NCBI GenBank assembly: GCA_964625485.1
Contig: CAZVBK010000003.1
Coordinates: 1 to 36,888 of the forward strand
Source: an uncultured Candidatus Saccharibacteria bacterium
GTDB lineage: Bacteria; Patescibacteriota; Minisyncoccia; Phycocordibacterales; UBA9973
DNA length: 36,888 nt
Direction: 5' to 3'
The position numbers and the translations under genes are program-made. Every line of letters starts with the position of its first letter. The first letter of the stretch is position 1. Shown in pieces: positions 1 to 7,441 of the stretch. A model generated the notes under the pieces. That model had not been told where the DNA came from. It did no database searches and saw nothing but the letters and a program-made list of their open reading frames with translations.

Positions 1-797
1 AGGTAAAGTACGGCGGTCTTGAGTCCTGAATATGAAAAATTAAAATCTTTGCTGTGCATCATCGGGCGGGGCAGAGAGAAAGAAATAAAACCCTCCGGGG
101 TCGTAATTTTTTTGCTAAAAAATTTACTCCGTCCTCGGGCCGTCGCCCTGCGGAGACCCCGTATGGCTTTATTTCTTTCTTCTCGAACCTCTTCAGCTAA
201 TTTTGAGATATGTGGTCCTCCAGGGTATGGAAGGCCGAGCATGCGGGCGACTTTGTCGAAAGCTTCTCCTATAGCATCATCCACCGTCTCACCGATTATT
301 TCGTATTCCATCCATTTTTTCATGAGCACGAGCTGGGTGTGTCCGCCGGACACAAGCAAAGCGAGAGTCGGTAATTTTATTTTTTCTATCTTGAAACTTC
401 CTTTGTGCTTCCCGAAGATAGAAAGGATATGGCCTTCCATGTGGTTGGTGGGTATAACTGGCACACCCCATTTTTTTCCCAGGTCACGCGCAAAAGTTAT
501 ACCTTCCCACAAACACATCTCGAGTCCTGGGCCATAGGTCACCGCTATGGCGTCTACCGGTTTTGCTTTTTTATCTAGTTTTGTTTTCTTTAGCGCGTGC
601 TCTAAAAGTATCGGCAGGTTTTGGGCGTGTTCTTTCTTTGCAAGGACAGGGAAGACTCCGCCATATTCTGCATGGACAGTCTGCGAAGCCAAGTTGTCGG
701 ACAACACCTTAAAACGAGCGCTGGTGGCGCCTCCGGTTACTTCAAATATAGTTATGCCTGTATCATCACAGGAGGTTTCGATGCTTAAAAGTTTCAT
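1..797 (-). CDS. tsaD: tRNA N6-adenosine threonylcarbamoyltransferase TsaD (Kae1/Gcp family); 3' part runs off the window start
   Basis: The minus-strand frame from ATG (797-795) reads MKLLSIETSCDDTGITIFEV...GPGLEMCL...NHMEGH...SGGHTQL...DDAIGEAFDKVARMLGLPYPGG. It is absent from the ORF track because it has no in-window stop. The + ORFs 19..537 and 547..885 are its shadows. Confidence 0.85.
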   Translation of the reverse strand, partial: MKLLSIETSCDDTGITIFEVTGGATSARFKVLSDNLASQTVHAEYGGVFPVLAKKEHAQNLPILLEHALKKTKLDKKAKPVDAIAVTYGPGLEMCLWEGITFARDLGKKWGVPVIPTNHMEGHILSIFGKHKGSFKIEKIKLPTLALLVSGGHTQLVLMKKWMEYEIIGETVDDAIGEAFDKVARMLGLPYPGGPHISKLAEEVREERNKAIRGLRRATARGRSKFFSKKITTPEGFISFSLPRPMMHSKDFNFSYSGLKTAVLY

Positions 798-939
798 AAA
801 TTTGTGGTCAGGAATAATTTTGTTTTCGTCAAAACAAAATTTTCACGACCCTGCCTCGCTTATTTTTTCTGCTGAAAAAACATAGCTCCGGCTCGCACAA
901 GTCCAAAAAAATATAAAGAAGTTTATATTTTTTGGCTAG

Positions 940-1012
940 TGCGCGATATAGGATTCGAACCTATGGCCTACCCCACGTCAAGGGGTCGCTCTACCAACTG
1001 AGCTAACCGCGC
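940..1012 (-). tRNA. tRNA-Val (anticodon GAC), 73 nt, CCA not encoded
   Basis: Hand-folded cloverleaf: GCGCGGT/ATCGCGC acceptor, GCTC-AGTTGGTA-GAGC D arm, ACCCC-TTGACGT-GGGGT anticodon arm, ATAGG-TTCGAAT-CCTAT T arm. Confidence 0.9.
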
Positions 1013-1035
1013 ATCAAAACTCTACAGTTTTGATA

Positions 1036-2253
1036 TTACATCTTTGCGGCGAGTCTTTCAAGGGCTAGGATGAATGCACCTATGCGTAGACTGGTATTGT
1101 ACTCTTTGGATTTGTTGTAGATATAAATAGAGGCAGAGTCCATGAGAGATTTTAATTTCTCAAACACTTCGGCTTCGGTCCAGTGTTCACCCTTTAGGTT
1201 TTGATCCCATTCGAAGTAAGACACTGTCACTCCACCAGAATTGGCCAAGATGTCTGGTATAACAGGGATATTTTTACCAAAAAGTATTTCGTCTGCTTCG
1301 GGGGTCACTGGACCATTGGCAAGTTCGAGGACTACTTTCGCTTTTACATTATTAGCGTTTTTTTCGGTGATCACATTTTCAAAAGCAGCAGGGACTAGCA
1401 CATCGCACTCGAGCGCCAGAAGTTCGTCGTTACTCATACTTACACTATCTTCGAAACCATTTAGACTTCCTGATTCTTTTTTGTGAGCGAGAAGTTTCTT
1501 GATATCAAGACCGTTTGCTTTGTAAATGCCACCCTTAGAGTCAGATACAGCTACTACCTTGTGCCCGTGCTCGGTAAATATTTCTACAGCATTACTGCCC
1601 ACATTGCCGAAGCCTTGGACGACGACGGTGCAGACATCAGGTAGGCCCAAGTTCTTACGAAGAGTATCGAATACATAAAATCCTCCGAGTCCTGTGGCTG
1701 GACCTCGTCCCTCGCTTCCACCTTTTTCTATCGGCTTGCCAGTAAACGTAGCTCCAGACTTTTCTCCAGTTATTTTTTGGAATTCGTCGGTCATCCAGGC
1801 CATTATTTCTCCGGTGGTGTTCACGTCTGGGGCAGGGACGTCTTTGTTTGGACCGAGAATATCAGAGAGTCCGCGTACCCATCCACGAGAAAGATTCTCG
1901 AGTTCTGTTTTCGACAAGACTTTCGGATCCACAGTTATGCCACCCTTGCCTCCACCCATCGGGATATTGGCCACAGCGCACTTGAGAGTCATCCAAAAAG
2001 CCAAAGCCTTTACTTCGTTCACTTCAGTATCAGGATGATAGCGTATGCCACCCTTGTAAGGGCCCAAAGCATTGTTCCACTCTACGCGATAGCCTTCAAA
2101 TATTTTTGTACTGCCGTCGTCCATCTTGGTAGGTATGCTGATACGGACATCACGGTCGGGCACTTTCATCCGTTCCAAGAATTCTGGTGCGAAGCTTTTG
2201 ATCTTGGCCACTTTGTCTAGTTGAGCCATTGCGTTTACAAATGGGCTATTCAT
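1036..2253 (-). CDS. gdhA: NAD(P)-dependent glutamate dehydrogenase (Glu/Leu/Phe/Val dehydrogenase family)
   Basis: 405-aa ORF with the KGGIRYHP and MGGGKGG motifs and the GFGNVG dinucleotide-binding motif. ATG start at 2253. It overlaps the upstream gene by 8 nt. Confidence 0.9.
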   Translation of the reverse strand: MNSPFVNAMAQLDKVAKIKSFAPEFLERMKVPDRDVRISIPTKMDDGSTKIFEGYRVEWNNALGPYKGGIRYHPDTEVNEVKALAFWMTLKCAVANIPMGGGKGGITVDPKVLSKTELENLSRGWVRGLSDILGPNKDVPAPDVNTTGEIMAWMTDEFQKITGEKSGATFTGKPIEKGGSEGRGPATGLGGFYVFDTLRKNLGLPDVCTVVVQGFGNVGSNAVEIFTEHGHKVVAVSDSKGGIYKANGLDIKKLLAHKKESGSLNGFEDSVSMSNDELLALECDVLVPAAFENVITEKNANNVKAKVVLELANGPVTPEADEILFGKNIPVIPDILANSGGVTVSYFEWDQNLKGEHWTEAEVFEKLKSLMDSASIYIYNKSKEYNTSLRIGAFILALERLAAKM

Positions 2254-3016
2254 TTTTTGTTTTAATTATACTTTCTAATAATTCCAATTCTTCTTTTGAG
2301 TTCGCAGCAAGGGCGTCATGTGGAGGGACTTCTATGGATTCTATCTTGATGCTTTCTTCGGTGGCGATTTTTATCAGATCGGTTAGATAATACTCTCCTT
2401 GGGCGTTGTTCTTGTCGAGTTTTTTCAGATTATCCCACAAGAAACTTGCCTTGAAACAAAGATATATCGGATTTACTTCTAAAATATTTTTCTCTTCGTC
2501 GGTTGCGTCTTTGAACTCTACAGACTTCAAAATATTTCCTCCACCATCTCGAACTATGCGAGAAAAGTTGGTATAGAAAAATTTTCGCCAATCTGAAAAG
2601 TCTGGCAAGTGCACTGTGCCCATGGTCACCTTGGCGTTTGTTTTCAGATGTTTGTCGGCAAGTTTTTTTATCGTGTCTCCGGTGATGAAAGGGTTGTCAC
2701 CAGCGAGGATTAAAATGTTTTCCGCTTTATCTCGGAGTGTAGGTTCAGCTGTGGCTACTGCGTGTCCTGTACCGAGTTGAGAATCTTGGATGACGTATTC
2801 ATATTTATCGCCTAGGGCTTGAGCCAAGAGCTCTTTCTTGTATCCGACTACCAGGGTAGGGGAATCGTCCACCATAGAGGCTTCCACAGCCTCTAGGACC
2901 CACTTTATCATCGGCTTACCTGCGACTTCTGCCAAGACTTTTGGCATATCGCCACCCATCCTTTTGCCTTGTCCGCCGGCCATTATCAAAACTTTTATTT
3001 TTGCTTTATTTTCCAT
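2246..3016 (-). CDS. Sugar-1-phosphate nucleotidyltransferase resembling only the N-terminal (uridyltransferase) half of GlmU
   Basis: 256 aa with LIMAGGQGKRMGGDMPKVL, QDSQLGTGHAV and GEYYLTDLI. No left-handed beta-helix acetyltransferase hexapeptide region follows. Confidence 0.75.
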   Translation of the reverse strand: MENKAKIKVLIMAGGQGKRMGGDMPKVLAEVAGKPMIKWVLEAVEASMVDDSPTLVVGYKKELLAQALGDKYEYVIQDSQLGTGHAVATAEPTLRDKAENILILAGDNPFITGDTIKKLADKHLKTNAKVTMGTVHLPDFSDWRKFFYTNFSRIVRDGGGNILKSVEFKDATDEEKNILEVNPIYLCFKASFLWDNLKKLDKNNAQGEYYLTDLIKIATEESIKIESIEVPPHDALAANSKEELELLESIIKTKNE

Positions 3017-3058
3017 ATTTACCCTTGAATTATATAGAAAATAGGGGATTGTATATAC

Positions 3059-3087
3059 TTGACTTTTGACCCCAAATATGCTATACT
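3059..3087 (+). promoter_or_regulatory. sigma70-like promoter TTGACT-17-TATACT
   Basis: TTGACT at 3059-3064, a 17-nt spacer, TATACT at 3082-3087, about 65 nt upstream of the 3151 ATG. Confidence 0.5.
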
Positions 3088-3150
3088 ATATGGGTATAGT
3101 AGGGCCCACTCTGGGCATGGTTTTTTGAAAATTTTTTGGAGGTTTGCGGG

Positions 3151-3372
3151 ATGCGAATCAACAAGGGGTACACGCTCATCGAACTGCTGATCGTCATCGT
3201 GATCATCGGCATCCTCGCCTGGGTTGCGATTCCAACGTTCATCAAAACCCAAGCTCGAGATCGCAAAACGGCCGATTCGCTGAAGGTGATCAATTCGGCC
3301 ATGGCCGAGAACGACGCACGGCGCGACTCAGCGCTTGTGGCTCGGGCCGACAGTCTCGCGAGAATCAAGTAG
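3151..3372 (+). CDS. Truncated type IV (pre)pilin, 73 aa, helix only
   Basis: MRINKG|YTLIELLIVIVIIGILA is a class III signal/N-methylation motif with Glu at position +5. GGAGG at 3139-3143. The mature part is about 67 aa, with no Cys pair and no room for a globular head. GC-rich. Confidence 0.7.
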   Translation: MRINKGYTLIELLIVIVIIGILAWVAIPTFIKTQARDRKTADSLKVINSAMAENDARRDSALVARADSLARIK

Positions 3373-3397
3373 CCCAACTTTCAAGGGAGGGTGCTAC

Positions 3398-3838
3398 ATG
3401 AAAGCAAGCAAGGGAGGAACCAAAATGACCGTGCTCCTCACTTTCTTGGGTACGGTAATTTTTTGCGTAATTCTCATACTTGCATGGTTTGCCTATCCGG
3501 CACTTCGGCACGAGTATCGTACCCGCTTCAGTGACCCACGGTTCGGTGTCATGAAGGAGAAGCTCGAAGCGGTGATGAAAGGCGCCAAGGCTTGGCGAAA
3601 GAACCATCGTACCTATGATGGTTACAAGCCTCCAGAGAATAATGAGGTGCAGTTGTTTTATAGCGGGGACTCGGAAGGCTGGCATGTTCAGTCCGTGTAT
3701 CGCGGTACACGTCTCACATGCTTCATGGCTTCGGGTTCAGGGGTTGTTAAGGGTGCTGACCCGATGCCCGAGGAATACGCGGTATGCGGGGAAGTACCAG
3801 CCGACATTCCGCTGACATCGGCTGACACCGAATTGTAA
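3398..3838 (+). CDS. Membrane-anchored hypothetical protein, possibly a pilin-head-like domain
   Basis: GGGAGG at 3385-3390 lies 7 nt before the ATG. One N-terminal TM (TVLLTFLGTVIFCVILILAWFAY) is followed by about 100 aa with a Cys...Cys pair (LTCFMAS / AVCGEV). The track start at 3335 lies upstream of the SD-supported ATG at 3398 and overlaps the pilin gene's 3' end. Confidence 0.55.
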   Translation: MKASKGGTKMTVLLTFLGTVIFCVILILAWFAYPALRHEYRTRFSDPRFGVMKEKLEAVMKGAKAWRKNHRTYDGYKPPENNEVQLFYSGDSEGWHVQSVYRGTRLTCFMASGSGVVKGADPMPEEYAVCGEVPADIPLTSADTEL

Positions 3839-3851
3839 GTGAGTCGTCAAA

Positions 3852-3879
3852 CCCGCGCCGACCGTACGGTCGGCGCGGG
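3852..3879 (+). terminator. Perfect 28-nt GC-rich palindrome (hairpin) after 3398..3838
   Basis: cccgcgccgaccgtacggtcggcgcggg. There is no immediate T-run; T-rich sequence begins about 20 nt later. Confidence 0.45.
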
Positions 3880-3981
3880 GGCACGCAGTAATGTTCTTTG
3901 TTTTTAAATATCAGTATCAATCATCAAGTGACCTGTACATTATGTGCAGGTCTTTTGTGTTTTTAGGTGGTGCATTTAAAC

Positions 3982-4010
3982 TTGATTTGTTTTTAGAACA
4001 GTCGTATTAT
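3982..4010 (+). promoter_or_regulatory. sigma70-like promoter TTGATT-17-TATTAT
   Basis: Hexamers at 3982-3987 and 4005-4010, upstream of the 4065 ATG. Confidence 0.45.
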
Positions 4011-4064
4011 TTTAGAGATCTAGTACCTTATAGGTCTAATTTGTAAACCATCAGCGAGGGTGCC

Positions 4065-4436
4065 ATGTCGACACTTTTGTTATCTGTTGAGAAGCTTCGT
4101 GGTTTCATCGGAGGACAAGCTGAATCCGAGCAAGAAGGGGAGAATATCTGTCGGGGGGAAATCCAAAGCATTATTGCTGAGGGCAATTCTCTCAGAATCA
4201 ATTGCGCACGGTCAGCGGTTCGTAAAGGTATTCCGCCTAACCCAATTCTTTGGGTGAATGACTCCAATCCTTTCTGGATATTTGAGGTCGATGAGTTTTC
4301 GGAAATAGACGACGACAACAGGGGTCGCGTGCGATTGCAAAGCAAGAACGGCCACACGATTGTCCTATTTCTGCCGAACGACACTAGCAACCTCGACTTT
4401 TCAAAGGTTGAAGAACCGAAGCTGGTCTCGGCGTAG
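4065..4436 (+). CDS. Hypothetical protein, 123 aa, GC-rich, no signal peptide
   Basis: ATG is preceded by GAGGG. It has its own promoter and a long hairpin downstream. I recognised no family motif. Confidence 0.55.
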   Translation: MSTLLLSVEKLRGFIGGQAESEQEGENICRGEIQSIIAEGNSLRINCARSAVRKGIPPNPILWVNDSNPFWIFEVDEFSEIDDDNRGRVRLQSKNGHTIVLFLPNDTSNLDFSKVEEPKLVSA

Positions 4437-4470
4437 TTAAAACGGGCTCGATGGGTCCGTGTATTAAATC

Positions 4471-4520
4471 AAAGGCATCTGTGGTGCTTCCAAGAAAAGG
4501 CACCATCGATGCCTTTTCTG
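4471..4520 (+). terminator. Rho-independent-type terminator
   Basis: aaaggcatc...gatgccttt outer stem with an inner gtggtgc/gcaccat stem, followed by tctgttttt. Confidence 0.5.
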
Positions 4521-4561
4521 TTTTTGCAATTTTTTGAAAAAGTGTTATTATATTTTCCATA

Positions 4562-4578
4562 TGGCCCTATCGTCTAAC
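4562..4578 (+). repeat. 17-nt duplicate of the tRNA-Glu 5' end (tRNA fragment)
   Basis: tggccctatcgtctaac is identical to 4651-4667. The sequence downstream cannot form anticodon or T arms, and no TAGGGCC 3' acceptor strand is present. Confidence 0.6.
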
Positions 4579-4651
4579 CAATTAGACCTTAGCGGAGATC
4601 GCCTTTTTGAAAAGGCTGGAGAAGGGGTTATTTTTGAAAATTAAATATATT

Positions 4652-4723
4652 GGCCCTATCGTCTAACGGTTAGGACATCGCCTTTTCAAGGCGGTAATCA
4701 GAGTTCGATTCTCTGTAGGGTCA
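4652..4723 (+). tRNA. tRNA-Glu (anticodon TTC), 72 nt, CCA not encoded
   Basis: GGCCCTA/TAGGGTC acceptor, TCGCC-TTTTCAA-GGCGG anticodon arm, CAGAG-TTCGATT-CTCTG T arm. Confidence 0.9.
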
Positions 4724-4744
4724 CAACGTTTATCCTTTTTTAAA

Positions 4745-4773
4745 TTGCAAAAATATGGTTTAGGGATTAGTAT
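4745..4773 (+). promoter_or_regulatory. sigma70-like promoter TTGCAA-17-TAGTAT
   Basis: Hexamers at 4745-4750 and 4768-4773. Confidence 0.45.
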
Positions 4774-4800
4774 ATTCTTGAACTAATTTCTGGAGGCAGT

Positions 4801-4926
4801 ATGTTCTTTGGAAGGAAGCGCCGACAGCCGAATGTGTCAATGGTAGGGGTTTCTTACTCGACCAGATGGGACAGGTTTTGGTATGCCTGCGTACGAATCC
4901 TGAAGTTCCCCAATTACCCCAGCTAG
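4801..4926 (+). CDS. Small basic ORF, 41 aa (below the track cut-off)
   Basis: GGAGG lies 4 nt before the ATG at 4801. It reads MFFGRKRRQPNVSMVGVSYSTRWDRFWYACVRILKFPNYPS. Its TAG stop overlaps the AGGAGG that precedes the next ORF. Confidence 0.3.
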   Translation: MFFGRKRRQPNVSMVGVSYSTRWDRFWYACVRILKFPNYPS

Positions 4927-5189
4927 GAGGAGCCGTGGCGCTAAAATCTTTTGCGGCAATGATAGGCATGAAGGTTGTATGGGTAGACCCGTCTGAGATC
5001 GTAGAGCCCAATCGGCGTCACACGCTCGAGAGTGAGTTTATTCCTGGGTTTGGTCAGGAGCCGATGGTCATCGAGTCAGTCAGAGAGAACGGTAAGATTC
5101 CCGTGGTCACTCTTTCCAGAAACGGAGAATTGTTCCATCTCGATGGTTCCGTGCTTGGGGTGGGGCTGATTTATCTCCGGCCTGCGTGA
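4866..5189 (+). CDS. Hypothetical protein. The track ORF is 107 aa, but the SD-supported start is GTG at 4935 (84 aa).
   Basis: AGGAGG at 4925-4930 is followed by GTG at 4935. The ORF is GC-rich and is followed by two hairpins. Confidence 0.45.
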   Translation: MGQVLVCLRTNPEVPQLPQLGGAVALKSFAAMIGMKVVWVDPSEIVEPNRRHTLESEFIPGFGQEPMVIESVRENGKIPVVTLSRNGELFHLDGSVLGVGLIYLRPA

Positions 5190-5242
5190 CTATGTTTTTA
5201 TCGCAACCCCGGTGGCAAAACGCCACCGGGTGTATCGAAACT

Positions 5243-5277
5243 AAGACCACACAAATTTAAAAAGCGTGGTCTTTTTT
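5243..5277 (+). terminator. Rho-independent terminator, preceded by a second hairpin at 5208-5230
   Basis: aagaccac...gtggtctt stem followed by tttttt. Upstream is the cccggtggc/gccaccggg stem. Confidence 0.55.
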
Positions 5278-5383
5278 GATTGTTATTTCCCTAAATTAAA
5301 GCTACAATATAAGGGTGTTACTAAGAGTCAGATTAGTCGCTTGGCTCAGGACACACGCTATTGTCAATTAACTTGAATATATT

Positions 5384-5488
5384 ATGTCAGACGAAACAAC
5401 AGTACCTATGCCTGAGACTATGGAACCAGTTATGGAGCCAGCTCCTGAGACTATGGAGCCTACTCCAGAAGAAACTCCTGCTCAATAG
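5384..5488 (+). CDS. Possible 34-aa acidic Pro/Glu/Thr/Met repeat peptide
   Basis: MSDETTVPMPETMEPVMEPAPETMEPTPEETPAQ. A TTGTTA-17-TACAAT promoter lies at 5280-5308. There is no clear SD, and a strong terminator follows directly. Confidence 0.3.
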   Translation: MSDETTVPMPETMEPVMEPAPETMEPTPEETPAQ

Positions 5489-5496
5489 TTGAGCTC

Positions 5497-5534
5497 AAAA
5501 CAGCCCCGACGTACGTCGGGGCTGTTTTGTTTTT
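5497..5534. terminator. Bidirectional terminator between convergent genes
   Basis: aaaacagccccgac-gtac-gtcggggctgtttt is a perfect 14-bp stem flanked by an A-run and a T-run. Confidence 0.65.
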
Positions 5535-5538
5535 TACA

Positions 5539-5988
5539 TTATTCTTGTGCTGAACCTTGATGGTTCGCGTGTTTTTTTAGAAGTTCTAGTTTGTCGGAGA
5601 TTGCGCCTAGTTCGTCTTTGATGTCACTGATAGCGCTTATCTCGTCTTTTATATCTGCCTCAGTGCGTTCGTTCAATCTTTTTTCTCCACGAAGTCCAGA
5701 GAGGATGAGTTCGTTTCCGATAAAGCTAGAAGTGAAGGCTCCGGTGAAATACAACATCAAGCATCCGACTACGAGAGACAAAGGTCCATCCCACCACATC
5801 GCTCCACTTAGGCTTGTCGAAGACATAGATGAAAAATGGTTTATTACATCGTGGACTTGGTCAGCTGTGTGCCAGACTCCACGCCAGAAAAGGACGATAC
5901 CAATACCCACGATGAATGCATAAATGATAGGGTAGTGGCTCAAGTGAATTCTAATCTTTTGCTCCAGTTTCATAAAAAGTTTTCTCAT
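5539..5988 (-). CDS. Hypothetical membrane protein with a C-terminal coiled-coil-like tail
   Basis: 149 aa with hydrophobic segments (IIYAFIVGIGIVLFW, LSLVVGCLMLYFTGAF) and a repetitive EISAISDIKDELGAISDKLE tail. Confidence 0.6.
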   Translation of the reverse strand: MRKLFMKLEQKIRIHLSHYPIIYAFIVGIGIVLFWRGVWHTADQVHDVINHFSSMSSTSLSGAMWWDGPLSLVVGCLMLYFTGAFTSSFIGNELILSGLRGEKRLNERTEADIKDEISAISDIKDELGAISDKLELLKKHANHQGSAQE

Positions 5989-6082
5989 GTATATATTATA
6001 ACATTTGGTTTATCTTGCGCCAAAAGCTTATCTAAAAATCAAAAACTCGCCCCCGGGATGTGTGGGGCGAGCAGGGCGATGA

Positions 6083-6406
6083 TTATCGCAGGGGTTTTTT
6101 GGTTTTGTGGCCTTCGCTGTGTTGCTTTACTGCTTTGATGGCCAATTGAAGAGTTGCACGTGAGAGGTAAAACCTGATCATCCTAGTATTGTTTTCGACA
6201 ATTAGAAAGGGCAGGTCCTCCATGGTAATAGATAAATTTTTTCCCGAATCGCTTTTCATGCGGGCATCAAAAAGGACAGCAATGCCTTCGGTGTAGTTGT
6301 GGGTGGCAACCTCAAACCCAGCAGACTTAAGATAGTCTTCCACTGGTTTAATCTTTTGACCACTGAGACCATCTTTGTCTGCCACGATCAGTGTAGCTCG
6401 GGCCAT
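6083..6406 (-). CDS. Hypothetical protein, 107 aa
   Basis: GGAGG lies 4 nt before the ATG at 6406 (MARATLIVADKDG...). The track ORF extends to 6478 without SD support. Confidence 0.5.
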   Translation of the reverse strand: MARATLIVADKDGLSGQKIKPVEDYLKSAGFEVATHNYTEGIAVLFDARMKSDSGKNLSITMEDLPFLIVENNTRMIRFYLSRATLQLAIKAVKQHSEGHKTKKPLR

Positions 6407-6481
6407 AGATCCTCCGGAGTAGGCGAAAAGAGCAGGGTTATTCAAATAGATTAAACCTTTTTTGGAGTATTTTTGCAAACC

Positions 6482-7405
6482 CTATTTCGCGTGAATGGCC
6501 AGATAAATATCTTCAAGAGCGCGTACGGCGTCGCCAGCGGCGATGTTGTTTTGGTGGTATAGGATGTTCGTGCAGTCTCCGGCAGCCCAAATGCCTGCGA
6601 CTTCGGTTTTGTTTGTCCAAGGGTCTATCTTTACTCGGCCTATTTCGTCTAGTGGCACAATATTTTTGATAAATCCGGTGTTTGGGATTTGTCCGATCTC
6701 TACGAAAATACCACTGACCGCTAGCTCTTTGTCTTCGCCAGTTTTCGTATCTTTATATACTAGTCCTTCTACGAATTTTTCACCTTTTACTTCTAGGATC
6801 TGAGCATTTTTAATAGCAGTCATTTTCGGATTCTTTAAAACTTTTTCTACGGTCACTTCGTCTGCAAGGAAATTGTCGGTTATGTTTAGAAGAGTTACCG
6901 ATTTACAGTTGGCTAGTAGTTTGGCATCGCTTTCAAAACCAGCGTTACCCCCACCTATGACCACCACATCCATATCAGAGAAAAGTGGTCCATCACAAGA
7001 AGCACAGTAGGTGAGGCCTTTGTGTTCTAGCATGTCCGCATTTTTTGCTTCGAGTTTTCGGCGATTACTGCCGGTGGCTATGAGGATAGTCTTGGTGGTG
7101 AATTCTTCTTCTGCGGTTTTAACTTTAAATCCGTCGCTATCTTTCATGACTTCTGTCACCAGTGCGCCTTCTTTGACATGGAGAGATTCTCCGGCATTAG
7201 CCATGATATGGTCTTTGAAACTCTTAGCCAGGTCATTACCAGAGAGGGAAACAGTACCTATCCAGTTGTAGATAGTTTCAGATACCACAGACTGACCACC
7301 CCATTCGGAGGTGATGAATAGGGTATTAAGTTTTTTGCGAGCAGCATAAACTGCGGCAGCGGTGCCGGCAGGTCCACCACCGATGATTATCAAATCGTAT
7401 GTCAT
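6482..7405 (-). CDS. trxB: Thioredoxin-disulfide reductase
   Basis: GGGPAG FAD motif, redox-active CASCDG, second GGGNAG dinucleotide motif, GDC near the C-terminus. Confidence 0.9.
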   Translation of the reverse strand: MTYDLIIIGGGPAGTAAAVYAARKKLNTLFITSEWGGQSVVSETIYNWIGTVSLSGNDLAKSFKDHIMANAGESLHVKEGALVTEVMKDSDGFKVKTAEEEFTTKTILIATGSNRRKLEAKNADMLEHKGLTYCASCDGPLFSDMDVVVIGGGNAGFESDAKLLANCKSVTLLNITDNFLADEVTVEKVLKNPKMTAIKNAQILEVKGEKFVEGLVYKDTKTGEDKELAVSGIFVEIGQIPNTGFIKNIVPLDEIGRVKIDPWTNKTEVAGIWAAGDCTNILYHQNNIAAGDAVRALEDIYLAIHAK

Positions 7406-7441
7406 ATAGAGCTATTATAGCACAGCGGTCAAGCTGAGGGT

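Noticed and set aside
19-885. Track ORFs 19..537 (+), 547..885 (+) and 289..471 (-)
   Set aside because: They lie antisense to, or out of frame with, the clear TsaD reading frame on the minus strand (SGGHT, NHMEGH and GEAFDK motifs). Their sequences are low-complexity shadow translations.
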